Assembly: GCA_965112735.1 (NCBI GenBank)
Contig: OZ218957.1
Location: forward strand, 930,001 to 994,000
Source: Phaeosaccion multiseriatum
Lineage: Eukaryota > Protista > Ochrophyta, other classes
DNA: 64,000 bases
Reading direction: 5' to 3'
Positions 49,951 through 63,545 of the stretch are shown here, piece by piece. Each line of letters begins with the position of its first letter. Position 1 is the first letter of the stretch. A model generated the notes under the pieces. The model was not told where the DNA came from. It saw only the letters and a program-made list of their open reading frames with translations, and ran no database searches. Made by a program: the position numbers and the translations under genes.

Positions 49951-51989
49951 GAGCAATTGATGATGCAGCCGCAGGAGGGGATCTCTTCTCCTCTCGGCCC
50001 TTTGACAAGTCCTGTGCGAGAGATTCTCCATGGGGAAGGCCTCTTTGGTAACACCAGCCCGCGGGGTGGGGATGAGGGAGAAGTGGTCACATCGAAAGGG
50101 TCTGATTGCGCTGGCGAGGCCGAGGGAGAGAGGAAGGGAGAGGGAGCGGGAGAGAGAGGGGAGGGGAGAGAGGGGGACGCGCCGCACACCATTACGTACG
50201 CTGCCGGGGCCGCGGCGAGCGTGGCGGCGATGGTGACCGCGTCCACACCGCCTTCCACTGCCATCGCGGCGTCAGCACCGCCTCCTTCTCCAGGTGTGGC
50301 TGGGGCCGGGGCTGGGGCAAGGGCAAAGGCAGGGGCAGGGGCTCCTGTTGCTGTTGCTGTTGCTGTTGCACCCGCGAACGCCAACGCCGTGGCGAGCCCG
50401 CCCCCCCTTGCCATGGAGAACTTGAGGCGGAACAGTGCGAGGGTTCGGAGGGCCAAGAGAGTAAGCGGCATGACGGCCTACGTGCAGCTGTCCTCTCTCT
50501 GTGCGGCGCCCCCCTCCAGCAAGCCCAAGCCGAGCAAGCGCGGAGTGTCCACCCCCTCGAGTTTTTTCTCCTTCCTGCCTGGCGGAGGAGGGAGGGAGGA
50601 GGTTTCCTTCCGTCCCTTGGCGGCAGGCACTTTGGCGGTGTGCGCACTGGGGCCTGTGTCAGTCCGGGCCTTTCGCGCAGAGGACTGCATATACGAAGTG
50701 GAAATGCAGGACTGGAAACTCGCCACGGGGGCCTCCCCACTGGCGTACATTCACGCCAGCGGCCTGCGAGGGGCGGACTCACCCAGCGTCAAGGGGATGG
50801 ACGCGGGACGGACGAGCTTCTTCAGAAAGATGGGAAATTTGATGTTGTGAGTATGGGCTCGAGTAGCTACAGCCTCGGGGCTGTGGCAGGAGAGGAGGAC
50901 CAGGCTGGTGCTGGCCAAGGTGGGGGGGGCGATGAGGATGAGGGGAGTAGTGGCCCAGGAGGCAAGGTGTTACCGCTGAAGCTTGAGGATGGGGCGCTTG
51001 TAGACACCACATGGGGCAAGGCGGAGGTGGTGCAGTCCAGGCTAGGTGCTGTGAGTGCTTCAGTTGGTGGTACAGCAGGCGCGGCGGCAGTCGAGGAAGG
51101 GGTGGCGGAGGAGGTGTATAAAGTGAAACTGTTGGACTGGGAGCTGGCCAATGGTGAGTGTGCTATGGCCTTCCTCAGCGGGAGCAGCCTGTACGAGCAA
51201 GGAGGAGGAGGACGAGGAGGTGGAGCGGCGGGCAAGCTCGCTCAGCGGGGAAGGACACTGAGCGAAGAGCCTTCTGCGGCAATGAGTGCGGCCGACGGAG
51301 AGAAGGGTTCGAACTCGAGAAGATCCATGCTGGACTTTTTGTGGGGAAGGAGGGACGGGTGGGGAAGGAGGGACAGCAAGAGCGCGGGGGGCGGCAAGGA
51401 GGGGGACGACGCTGATGGTGACGCCGCCGTGTCCCGCTCTTCAGCGTCGGCAACGGGGGCAGAGGGAGGAGAGGGAAAGTCTCATCATCATGCTCCTGCC
51501 GTGGTGCGAGGCTCCCTGCTGGACACACGCATGGGCTTGGCGGTGGTGACGGGCTGCCGGCGGGTGGACGACAGCGGTGGGGGGGAGGAGGGGGAGAGTG
51601 AGGCTCATCTGTACGAGGTGGAGTTGCTGTCCTGGCGACTAGCGGCAAGGGGGGAGATGCCTGCAGAAGGAGGGGGAGGAGAAGGAGGAGGAGAGGGAGG
51701 AGGAGGAGGAGGAGGAGGAGGAGGAGGAGGAGGAGGAGGAGGAGGAGGAGGAGGAGGGGAAGGAGGAGGAAGGGCAAGGCGGGGCGACGGAGCTTGCCCC
51801 TGCTGCCCTTGTGCAAAAGCAACGCTCAACGGCAACTTGGTGGAGCGGGTGGTGGCTGAACCGGGACAGAAGGTGTTCACCCCCTACGGGGCGGGCAAGC
51901 TGGTGAAGGTGCGGGCCGATGGGTTTGCGGTGGTGACGAGTGTAGAGCCACGCTTCACGATTGTGCTGCCCCCGGCTCAGCTGAGATAA
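45575..51989 (+). CDS. N-terminal multi-TM protein with an APP1-like (HAD-fold) phosphatidate phosphatase domain and about 5 SH3-like repeats; reading frame changes at about 50840
   Basis: Motifs ILSDVDDT (DxDxT), YPGILDLYREL, LVLLSARP and YVFIGDNGQGD. Exons are about 45575-45750, 46020-46958, 47181-47453, 48014-48266, 48544-48760 and 49041-50850, then the -1 frame continues to 51989. Confidence 0.78.
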
Positions 51990-52188
51990 AGCACCACTGT
52001 TTCTCTTCAGTAGTACAGTAGATATTACTAGTAGAAAAGAAGTGGAAATGTGTGTAAATAAGCAATATATATACATAATCGTAAGCCATCGAGGAGCGCT
52101 GCACTTTGACCCACCTAAGACGACGGGAGGGGGGCACCAGGATGAATACAAACTCAAACTTACACTTTCCTGAAAAGCTTACCACCCC

Positions 52189-55100
52189 TCACAGCTCTTG
52201 TCTCTCCTTCTCATCTATGCTCTTCCTTTTCTTCCCCTCCTCCTCCTCCTCCTCCTCCTCCTCCTCCTCTCCCTCTCCCTCTGCCTCTTCCGCCTCCACC
52301 TCCTTCTGCTCCTCCCCCCCATCCCTTCGTTCTCTTGCCTCCTCCTGCTGCCCGTCCTTCACTCCCACTCCCTCCTGCTCCTGCTCCCCACTCTGACTTG
52401 CCGTCTCCCTGTCAGTGCCGCCTTGTCCATCATCTCCGTCGATATCCCCCGCAGCTCGTACATCTCCCTCAACATCCCCAGCAGCACCACCGGCCGCAGC
52501 AGTAGCATCAGCACCATCACCCCCAGTTGGTGATACAGCAGCACCAACAACTTCCTCCTCAACAGACGCGACAGTCACCTCATCCTTTACAGCAGCTGGA
52601 GTCGGAGTCGAAGGACCGGAAGAAGGACCCGAAGGTCCCGAAGCCGATGCGCGCTTCTGCTGGAACTTCTCGAAGCGGCCCTTGAACTGAGTCATGCTGG
52701 GCATAGACATCTTCGGAAGATTCATGCCATCCATATTCAGAGAGGGCATTTTGACCCCATCCATGCGGGCAGCGAGCGCCTCCAGCCGACTCTCGCCGTT
52801 GCTGGGGGACGAAGACGAGACTCCTCCTCCTCCTCCTCCCCCTCCTCCTCCTCCTCCTGCTACTGCTCCTGCTCCTCCCCCTCCTCCTTCTCTTCCTCCC
52901 CCGGGCGAGGGCCCAGCCGGTGGATCCGAGGGAGAGGTGAGGGACGAGGAAACACCCGAGATCAGCGATCGCAGCCCACCCGGAGACGAAGCCCCCCCTC
53001 CTGCCACTGTATGTGCTGCCTGTGAAGCATGTGCCGGGCCGTCTGTTGAGCCATCCATCGCCGTCTGCACCCCGTCCCCTTCTGCTGCAGACACTACTGA
53101 CGATCCTCCTTCTCCTCCTCCTCCTCCTCCTCCTCCTCCTCCTGTATCACCAACTGCTGCTGCTGCATCACTAACTGCTGCTCCTGCGCGCTCCGAGGGA
53201 GATGGTGCAGCTGCTGCCGCTGTTCCTACCGCTGCTGCCGCCACCGCTGCTGCTGCTGCTGCTGCTCCATGTGCTGTGGCCCCTGACGCCCTCCCGCCAG
53301 AACTGCCGTCGAGGTATGCCTTGATCTTGAGGAAAGAGGAGCCCTCGGACGCGGCTGCACAGAACAAGGCACAGACCAAGGCACAGACCAAGTCACGGAG
53401 CAAGGCACGGAACAAGGCACGGAACAACGCACGGAACAACGCACGGAACAAGTCAGATACGAAAGGCAAGACAAAATCACATGTGTAGAGCGTGGAGCGG
53501 GCGGAGAGATACCCAGAAACAGAAACCAGCTTCCCCCCGCTAAATTGAACGAGGGAGCAAAGAGGGCTCGGAAAGAACCGTCTATTCCACCCACTCACTC
53601 ACTCACTCACTCACTCACTCACTCACTCACTCACTCACTCACTCACTCACTAGCTTACTACCTCACTTACTCACTCTCATTCATTCACTCGGTCACTCAC
53701 TAGCTTACTCACTCACTCATTCATTCATTCACTCGGTCACTCACTAGCTTACTCACTCACTCATTCATTCATTCATTCACTCGGTCACTCACTAGCTTAC
53801 TCACTTACTCACTCACTCATTCACTCACTCGGTCACTCACTAGCTTACTCACTCACCAAATTATTCGGTCACTCACTAGCTTACTCACTCACTCAATTAT
53901 TCGGTCACTCACTAGCTTACTCACTCACTCATTCATTCATTCACTCGGTCACTCACTAGCTTACGCACTCACTAAATTATTCGGTCACTCACTAAGCTTA
54001 CTCACTCACTCATTCATTCATTCACTCGGTCACTCACCTTCGGAAACTCGAGCCCCGAGGTGAAAATTGTACGAACCGCTGCGGTCCCTGGAGGAGGAGG
54101 TGGAGGAGGAGGAGAGGGGGGCCGGGCTCTTATCTCTCATCCTCGCCCCCAGAGACAGAGGCGAGGGCGATGGCACCGGCCCATCCGCAGTGCGTGGGTA
54201 TAACTTCTCCACCTTTGCCAGCGCTTCCTTCACCTTGCTCGCCCGAATCTTTTTCGGCCAAGTGGAGGACGTGCAGTGCACCAACGTGTGTAGTTGATGT
54301 TTGTGATAGCGTCGCCAGTGGGCCTCCAGCCAATCCAGGAAGTCTTCTTCCCCGCAGTAAAAGGCGTTGATGTAATCCGTCACCATGTTCATATCCGCTT
54401 CTGCCATCACCTCCCCTCCTCCTCCTCCCCCTCCTCCTCCCCCTCCCCCTCCTCCTCCTAACTCACTGAGCTCTCCCGCCAGCTTCCTTAGATCCATCAA
54501 CATGAGTGCTCTCCCCTCCATGGAGCATGGCTTCACCCTCCCGAACCCTTCCACCATACCCTCGAACAGAGCCTGTTGCACCTCCCGCCACACCACCTCG
54601 CGTGCGCTCGTCGGCACCGCTGTCAGCATGGACATCGCCCAGGGGTTGTCCTCACTCATACCACCACCACCTCCATCCTCATCTCCTCCTCCTCCTCCTC
54701 CTCTACGAATAGAGGAAGAAGCAAAGAGCACTTCGTGGAGATGCCGGCACCGCTCTGCCGCCTCGGTCACGTAGGGATTGACGTCATTCTCAAACGCCTT
54801 AAGGTCCCATCCACGCTTGGAAACCGCCTTGACGAGACGGTCGCGCCTCGCTGCCAACGCCGCGGAGCAGCGGTACATGAAGGTGCGCATCTGCTGCACC
54901 ACCACCTCTACCTCCGCAAGGTATCTGTGAGGAGGAGGGACAGAGGGTGGGAGGGAGGGAGGGAGGGAGGGAGGGAGGGGATGGGGGGAGGGAGAGAGGG
55001 GGGAGGGGTTGCCACGGATGGTGGGACAGTGGAGCGGGCGGTAAGTAACCGGGTGAGTCATCAGCCTGCTCAGAGTAAGGCTCGGTATGTGCCCCCCAGC

Positions 55101-55542
55101 CCCACGCCCTCCGTCCACTGCCATCCTTGCCTCTCCTCCCTCCCTCCCCCTCCATCCACTCTACCCTCCCCCCCACACACACTCTCACCTGCTGCACTCC
55201 TCCTGCTCCTCCTCGGAGGCGAGCAAGTGTGAGGCCTTGACCCTCCTTGTGGCGGCTTGGAGGGCCTGAAGGACAAAGAAGCAGCTCTCTATGGCCACGC
55301 TGCGCTCGCCAAGACCGTACAGGTTGGCCTCGCCACTGTGTGTGGGCATGGCAGTGGATGGGAAGGAGGCAGTGGAGGGAGGGAAGGAGGGGAGGGAGGG
55401 ATGGATGGCAGTGGATGGTAGTGGTGTAAGGCGATTGATTGGGGCAAGGATGGTGGGGAGACAAGCGTACCGCCCGAGGACGCAAAGAAACAAGAGATGG
55501 AGACAGGGAGAGGAAGACGGAGAGACAGAGAGACAGACACAC

Positions 55543-55575
<33 letters not shown>

Positions 55576-58441
55576 GAGAAAGAGCGGCGCTCGATAACTA
55601 ACGAAACACAGCCTGGGCCAAGCTTTGGGCCCAAGTTTTGGGCGGAGCCTTCCGTGTCCTTTCCCTCTCTCCCCTTCCGTGCCGTACCCCTCCTCTCTTG
55701 TCTCGCGCTGCCTCACCTTCCTTGCTGAGGGCACACCGCCGCTGGCACCGCCACGAAGGGCTGCGGAAAGGGGCCGTTTGCAGCACCACCACCAGCAGTG
55801 GGTAGAACAGTTGGTAGTACAGGAGTAGTTGGTGGTACAGCAGAAGAAGCAGCAGAGGCAGCACTCCCGCTGCTGCTTACCCGTCCGCGCCCCTCCACCT
55901 CGCCCGCTGGTCCCGCTGAAAGAGGTCCCCGCGGGGGGGGTGCGGAGGGAGAGTTTATGCAGGGAGGAGAGTCGCCGCCACCGCCGCCTCCCCCTCCTCC
56001 TCCCCCTCCCTGTTGCTCTGAAGGTGCGGCAGTTGGGTCTCCGTCAGACACGTTGCTTCCTTGTCGGCTGTTCTGCGACTGTTGTTGGTGCTGCTGCTGC
56101 TGCACAACACTTCCCTTTGGGCTGAGAGTATCGGGGGCACTGCTTCTTCTCTCTGCTCGACGCGCGCCAGCTATGGGCACCGCAAACAAGGGAGGAGAGG
56201 GCAAAGGGGGGGGGGGGGAGGGGAGAGGGGGAGGCGGGCAATTCAATAGACCCAAAGCATTAGGGGACGCTAGTACGTCGTGCGTAGGGGGGGTCCTCTC
56301 TCTCTCTCTCTCTCTCCCTCCGCTGTCTCACCGCCCTTTCGTGCCATCGCTCGTACCTGCTCCGTCGTCACCATTCTCACGATCCGCAGAAGAGGAGGGC
56401 GGGGCAGGAGGGGCGGCAGCAGAAGCGGCAGGGACAGGAATGGCCACAGAAGACGGCCCGTTGAAGAAGCGCAAATTGGGCGGAGAGGGCAGCTGCAGCC
56501 TACCGAGGCGGTGTTGGTGATCCACAGAAGAGGCCCTTCCCCTGTGCTTCCCCCCCTTGCCAGCTCTGCCCCTGTCCCCCCCCACCCCTGTGAGGCGCTG
56601 CATAGCCCCCGTCATAAAGGCTCTGAGGGCCTGAAGGTCTTGTTCTTCGCAGGGGAGGGGGCGGAGGGAAGCGTCTCCAGCGCCATAGAGAGCGGCGATG
56701 CGCTCTTTGGGAGTGAAGAGCGAGAACACGCTGAAGGGAGGAAGGGAGGAAGGAAGGAAGGAAGGAAGGAAGGAAGGAAGGAAGGAAGGAAGGAAGGAAG
56801 GAAGGGAGGAAGGAAGGGAGGAAGGAAGGAAGGAGGAAGGAGAGAAGGGACGAACGTATCGTTTGTTTCTTAATGTTATTGCGGAACGGGTGAGAGAGAT
56901 TGACGGTGGGGGGCAGGGGGGGGGGGCAGAAGTAACGCACACACACACACACACACACACATCCCTCCGCCCCCCCCCCTCCTCTTACCTGTACAAGTAA
57001 AAGTCGACGAGCCACCGCACCCCCGCGAAGGCCTCTCCCGCCACAGAGCGCAGCAGGTTCATCATCTTAGGGCAGGGGGGGTAGAGGGGAGAGGGACGGG
57101 GGGGGGCGGAGAGAGACAGCCACAAGGGTCCACAAGGGAGGGCTATGAGGGGAAGGGCGGAGAAAGACAGCCACAAGGGAGGGCTATGAAGACAGCCACA
57201 AGGGTCCACAAGGGAGGGCTATGAGGGGAAGGGCGGAGAAAGACAGCCACAAGGGAGGGCTATGAAGACAGCCACAAGGGTCCACAAGGGAGGGCTATGA
57301 GGGGAAGGGCGGAGAAAGACAGCCACAAGGGAGGGCTATGAAGACAGCCACAAGGGTCCACAAGGGAGGGCTATGAGGGGAAGGGCGGAGAAAGACAGCC
57401 ACAAGGGAGGGCTATGAAGACAGCCACAAGGGTCCACAAGGGAGGGCTATGAGGGGAAGGGCGGAGAAAGACAGCCACAAGGGAGGGCTATGAAGACAGC
57501 CACAAGGGTCCACAAGGGAGGGCTATGAGGGGAAGGCGACGCCAGGGTCAGGCTCCGCTGCCCACACTAACCACACTGACTGTACACTGACTGGGCTGGG
57601 CGGTTCCTCACACTACACCCCTCCCCCTCCTCCTCCTCCTCCTCCACCTCCTCCTCCTCCTCCTCCCCCTCTTCCTCCTCCCCCTCCTCCTCCTCCTCCA
57701 GCCTCCTTCTTCTTCTTCTTCTTCTCCCCCCCTTCCTCCTCCTCCCCCTCCCCCTCCTCCTCCACCTCCTCCTCCCCCTCTTCCTCCTCCTCCTCCTCCC
57801 CCTCTTCCTCCTCCTCCTCCTCCTCCTCCTTCTCACCCTCTTCCTCCTCCTCGTCCTCCTCCTTCCCATCTCGGCTCCATCCATACACCCCTTGCTCTTC
57901 CCTCCTGTCCCTCGGGGATGAACCAAGGCGCTTGGTTCTGACACTTATATCAATCCCAAGGCCCTTTATCCTGACACTCATGACCACACGGGTGGGTCCT
58001 GACACTCCGTACCTGCAGATAGTGCCCCATATAGCGTGTAACGGCATTGAGAGAGGCTTGGGTCACCACCCAGCTCGAGCCGAACGTCTGCTCCTCCAAC
58101 ACACGGCCTGCACCCTGGGGTGTGACAGGGCAGTAGAGCAGTATAGGTGGTATGATATATGATACAGCGGTTGGTGATACGATGCAGCAGTTTTGGTGTT
58201 AGCACATAGCACATAGCTTTCCTATAGCCTGCCTGTATCCTGCTTAGAGGTACGCACCTTCTGCAGGCTTTGATCTCCCCTCCACGCGGCCTCCTCTGCC
58301 TCTTCCTCTCCAGGGGGGCGGAGAATGGCAGCATCGGCCTCTGTTGTTGCCACTGCCACTGCTGCTGCTGCTGCTGAATCCTCCTCCTGCTCCACAGCCA
58401 GCGAGCGACACACAAGAGGAGAGGGGAATAGACAACAAGGA

Positions 58442-58490
<49 letters not shown>

Positions 58491-61400
58491 GAAGAGATAG
58501 AGAAGAGAGAGAGAGAGAGAAGAGAGACACAGAAGAAAGAGGGGGGCGGAGGGGGGTAGAGACCAGATACGAGAACACGAAAGACACAGGGCGAGAACGG
58601 GCAGCGAAGAGGCGGTGAGGGGTGCTGTATCACCAACTGCTACCCTGCTACCTCAGTACCTCCGGCTCTGCCCATTCACAGCGAAGCGAACCAGCCTAGC
58701 TAAGCCAGCCCCCCCTCCCCTCCCCCCTCCTAGGCCGTTGACAGCTCTCCCCTCACCTTGCTCGCCTCCTCCTCTCCCTCCTCTCCATCCTTCTCTGTAG
58801 AGGCTTGCACGAAGGGGTTCCCTCTTAAGTTCCACTCTACTAAGAGCAAAGGCCGCTGAGCCAGGGCCTGGGCCTGCCCTCTCCCACTCCCACTCCCCGC
58901 TGGAGCACTCTCCGCACCACTCTCCCCACTCTCCCCGTTGTCTCCATTACCACCATTGAGGGCTGCCTTCTCCCCAGCCTCTTGCCCAGCCTCTTGCCCT
59001 GTGCCTGTGTCCTCCCCAGTGACGTCCCCTCCAGTGCCATTGAGGGCCGCTGCAGATGAGTAGCCCGACGAGGACGTGTTGGAGGCCTGGAGGAGTTTGA
59101 GCAGTGGGCGGTAGGAGGCAATGACTCCGTTCTCCAGGCGGTGCGAGGAGCAGAAGCGCCGCGCGTTGAGGTCGATCAGCCCACCCACTCCTGCAGGGAG
59201 GTATGTGGGGGATGATCAGGTAGGCATATGGGCAGGTAGGCATATGGGCAGGCAGGCAGGCACGCAAGGAGGGGAAGGAAAAGGTCTCTCCACTATCTGT
59301 CCTCTCATGGACGGACGGACCGACCTGTTGGTAGCTCCACGGGTACCCTTTGCCACAGCTCTCGCTCGAACATCTGGTGCATCACAGCTGTGTAGCAGCA
59401 GCAGCAGCAGCAGCAGCAGAAGTTGGTGATACAGAGAGCGGCGGGAGGTCGGGGGGGGAAGGATCACGAAGGGGCGGGGACAGGATGGGGAAGCGCAGTA
59501 GAGAGAGAAACATGCATGGAGGAGGGGAGAAAGAGAGAAGAGGGAGAGAGCGCGAAGGAGAGAGGGAGAGAGGAAGAGAGAGAGGTTAGGTAGTGATATC
59601 GGAAAACAATGACGCGCGAAAAGTAGAATCCATCTCATCTCTTCCTCCCTCAGACTTCTCCTCCTTCCCCCCCCGCCCCATCCCTCCCTCCCTTTCTCCC
59701 TCCGTCCGTCCTTCCGTCCGTCCGTCCCTCCCTCCCTCCCTCCCTCCTCACCGGCACTCTCTTCGTGCGCTCCTTTGAGAAAGTGTGCACTCTTTCCCCT
59801 GAGGCAGGCACGCAGGGCCAAACTCTCCCCGCCGGAGAACTCCTCTCCGAGAGCAATGAGCATCTAAGGAGCAGCAGCAGTTGGTGATACAGCAGGAGTA
59901 GCAGCAGTTAGTGATACAACAGCTTGTGATACGGCAGTAGCAGGAGGAGGAGCAGCAACAGCAGCAGCAGTTGGTAATACAGCAACAGCAGCAGCAGTTG
60001 GTGACACATCAGGAGCGGAGGCTCTCTCTCTGCAAACACCGAAGGGGGGAGGGGAAGCAGCCAAGCCCCTTGTTAATGTATCACCAACTGCAGTAGCTGT
60101 GAGTGTATCACCAATTGCGGTGGCAGTGACTGACCTCCATGGTGACCAGGGCGCTGGCGAAGTCGTCAAGCTTCAGAGCGTTTCCCTCCACGCCTGGGGG
60201 AGGGGGGGGGAGAGGGGAGAGGGGAGAGGGGAGGGAGTTGAGGGAAGCAACCAATGTAAGAGGGGCGAAACAGCAACGCCATTACAGAACGGGAAGAAAG
60301 GTACTCTCCTCCCCTCATATACCCTCCTACCCTCCCATACCCTCTCCCGTCTCCTCCCGCCCTTCCTCCCTCCTTCCCTCCCTCCCCTCCTCCCTCCCGC
60401 CCTCCTTCCTACCTGAAGCCGTGAGTAGGGCCGTCATCCGCTGCTCGATGGCACGCCACAGCACAGCGCGCTGCCTCTGTAGGCACGTGTGCAGCAGTCT
60501 CAACTGCTCTGCTTGCAGTTGCTCCTCTTCTCCTCTTTCTCCTTCTCCCCCACCCGCTTCTCCTCGTCCCTCCTCCTCCATCCCTTCTTCTCCTTCTTTT
60601 TCGCCCCCGCCTCTTCCTTCTCCGCTTCCTCCACCGGTGTCTCCGCCTCCTGTATCTCCATCCGCTGCCGCTGCAGATGGCTCCTTATCCAGTGAGTCTC
60701 CCTCTCCACTGAAAATACCACATCTGCGAAATTGAAGAAAGCGATATACACACATTCAAACATACATACATTACCGAGGGAGGAGCAGAACGAGCAACTG
60801 GTAGACATAGATACACACACGTATCCACACACCCTTCCTCCCCCCCACCCTCTCCCTCCTTCCCCTCCTCCCCTCCCCCTCTACTCACCTATGCAGCCAA
60901 TCCTCATCGTCGTTCCGCTCATCGAATGGACTCCTATGCCACTGCGTAAAGAGATAGTGCGAGTGCATCAATTCGGCCACACCCCAACAGCACCGCAACA
61001 GCGTGGGGAGCAGCTCGGAGGCCGGTAAATCGTCATAGAGCTCTTCCAGAGGCACCCCGGACAGGTCGAGTAAGTCCAGAGTCGATAGCCGTCCACTCAC
61101 GCCCAGTCCGCTGAGCGTCCCCCCCCCCCCCGCTCATCCTCCCGCTCATCCGTCTGCTGCTCACACTGGCCACCAGACGGGGAACAGGGCTAGAGCTGTT
61201 GTGATCCGGCGGCGGAGGGAGGAGGGAGCCGTCTCCTCCTCCTTCTGCCGCCGCCGCCACCGCCGCCGCCGCTGCTGCTGCTGCTGGTGGTGCTGTTGGT
61301 TCTCCCTCCTCTGCTGCAGCGCCCTCGCTAAGGTCGAGTTGGCTCAGCACGGAGGAGAAGCTCGAGCGGCTGAATTGGCCTGACCAGTGCTTGCCTATGC

Positions 61401-63509
61401 CTGATGAGAGAGGAGAGGAGAAGAGAGAGGAGAGGGGACAGAGGAGGAGAGGAGAGGGTTACAACCGTGGAGTACGTCTGTGGGGTATGTATGCCTGTGG
61501 GGTATGTATGCCTGTGGGGTATGTATGCCTGTGGGGTATGTATGTCTGTGGGGTATGTATGCCTGTGGGGCATGTATGCCTGTGGGGCATGTATGCCTGT
61601 GGGGTATGTATGTCTGTGGGGTATGTATGCCTGTGGGGTATGTATGCCTGTGCTGTGCCCCTATGCCTTGAAAGTATGCACCTTACGTGCCCTTACATAT
61701 CTTTCCCATTACCTTTGCAGTAGCTCCTCATAATGCCGTCGACCAGCGCCTCTCTCATCACGCGATCAACCTCCTCCAAGAAGCACCGCATGATGTGCGC
61801 CGCCAGCACTGAGAGGCCCACCTCACACGCCTCATGCCCAGGTGGGGCAGTTGGTGACACAGGAGCAGCAGCAGCGTTGTGGCCATCTGTGGGATCTTTG
61901 TCTCCTCGCCCTTCTGCTTCTGCTTCTGCTTCTGCTTCTGTTCCTGCTGCTCCTTCGTCCTCTCCTTGCTTCTCATCAGCGTCACCTCCTGCTTCTGCTG
62001 TTGCTGTTGCTGCTGTTGCTTCCGTTGCTAATGCATCCCCAACTGTTGCTGTTGTTTCTCCTGCTTCATCTTGTACCTCGATACCCTCTTCATTTTCCTC
62101 CACGCCATCAGCCTCACCCTGCTTCTTCTCCTCGTCATTCTCCTCCTCCTCCGCGTCTTCCTGATCCGTGAGGTCAACGCCCCCCCCCTCTTGATCGTCG
62201 TGATGGCCTTCCTCTTCAATACCCTCCATCACCATCTGCCCCTTCTCGCTTGTCACCCTTACGACCCCCTCCTCTGTAGGCGTAGTGCCATTCACCAAAT
62301 CAGCATCCTCAGGAGATGGAGATGGAGACCCATCACCTTGCTGGTCAGGTGCCAAAGAAGCGCCTGCATGAACATCTGGGTCCTCCTTACCCCCCTCTGG
62401 GACGGGAGGAAAGAGCAGCCCCTTCTTGGCCAGTAGGAGGTAGGCCTGACGAGCGAAAGCAGCAAAGACGCGGCCAGTGAGTAATTGAGTAACATCGACC
62501 CATCCTCCTCCTCAGTCCCATAGAGATCAGACCAGCGCTGCTCTTTCCTCTCTCCCTCCCTCCCTCTCTCCCCCACTCCTTCCCTCCCTCACCTGCACAA
62601 TATGAGCGTATTCTCTGGAGGAGAAATGGCCGCAAATGCCCGTCACCGCATTATCCACGCGAGACTGAGGCGCACGCACGCACGCACGCACGCACGATGA
62701 TTGAGAGGAGCACAGATAAACACCACAGATGACAGCAGAGGGGTACCACAGATGGCAGCAGAGGAGCACCAACATGAGCATGGCCATCAATGTATGTATC
62801 ACTGTCATAAACGGCAGAGACCATGTGGGGTGTGAGGATGGGGGGGCCTACAAGCAGCGATCGAGGCGCTTCGGGGGCGAGCAAGGCACGCACAAAGCAT
62901 AAGGAACACACTCCCCCCTGCCCTGCCCTGCCTTGCCCATCCATTGCCATCCCCTGTCTGGCCCTACCCTGCCTCGCCCTGTACCTTGGTGTCTGGCAGC
63001 AGCCTGATGAGCCTCATCTTGACCCCTCGCAGCAGACCTAACCTCGAAAGGGACAGGCGCTGACCCTTACTCTTGCCCTCTTCGTCGTCAGCGCCTCCGT
63101 CCGTTCCGCCCACCTCCACTCCCCCTCCCCCTCCCTCTCTCTGCTGCTCCTCCTCCGTGGTGGTGGTATGCCTGCGTGGAAGAGCTCCTCCCCCCTCCAC
63201 CCCCTCCTCCTCGTGGTCTTTCAGGGCTTCCAGCATGATATCTGCCGTCTCAATGGCCTCCACAAAGCGGCCCGACTTCATCGCCTCATTGCAGGCCTCT
63301 TCCCCGCTTAAGAACTGCACACAGGACAGGCAGACCAAATAGGTACACAGGCACGCAGGAAGGGATCGATGGTGTGGTGCAGTCGGTTTCAGATCTCTCT
63401 CGATTCCCCTCTCCCTCTCGTCTCTACGTCTCTCTCTCTTCTCCTCTCTCCCTCTCCCCCCCAACACCTACCCACCCACTTCTTGGCCACTCAGCTCTCT
63501 CTCTCTCCC

Positions 63510-63545
<36 letters not shown>

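Noticed and set aside
57115-57536. CRISPR-like array
   Set aside because: Identical 76-bp tandem units with no variable spacers; an intronic minisatellite.
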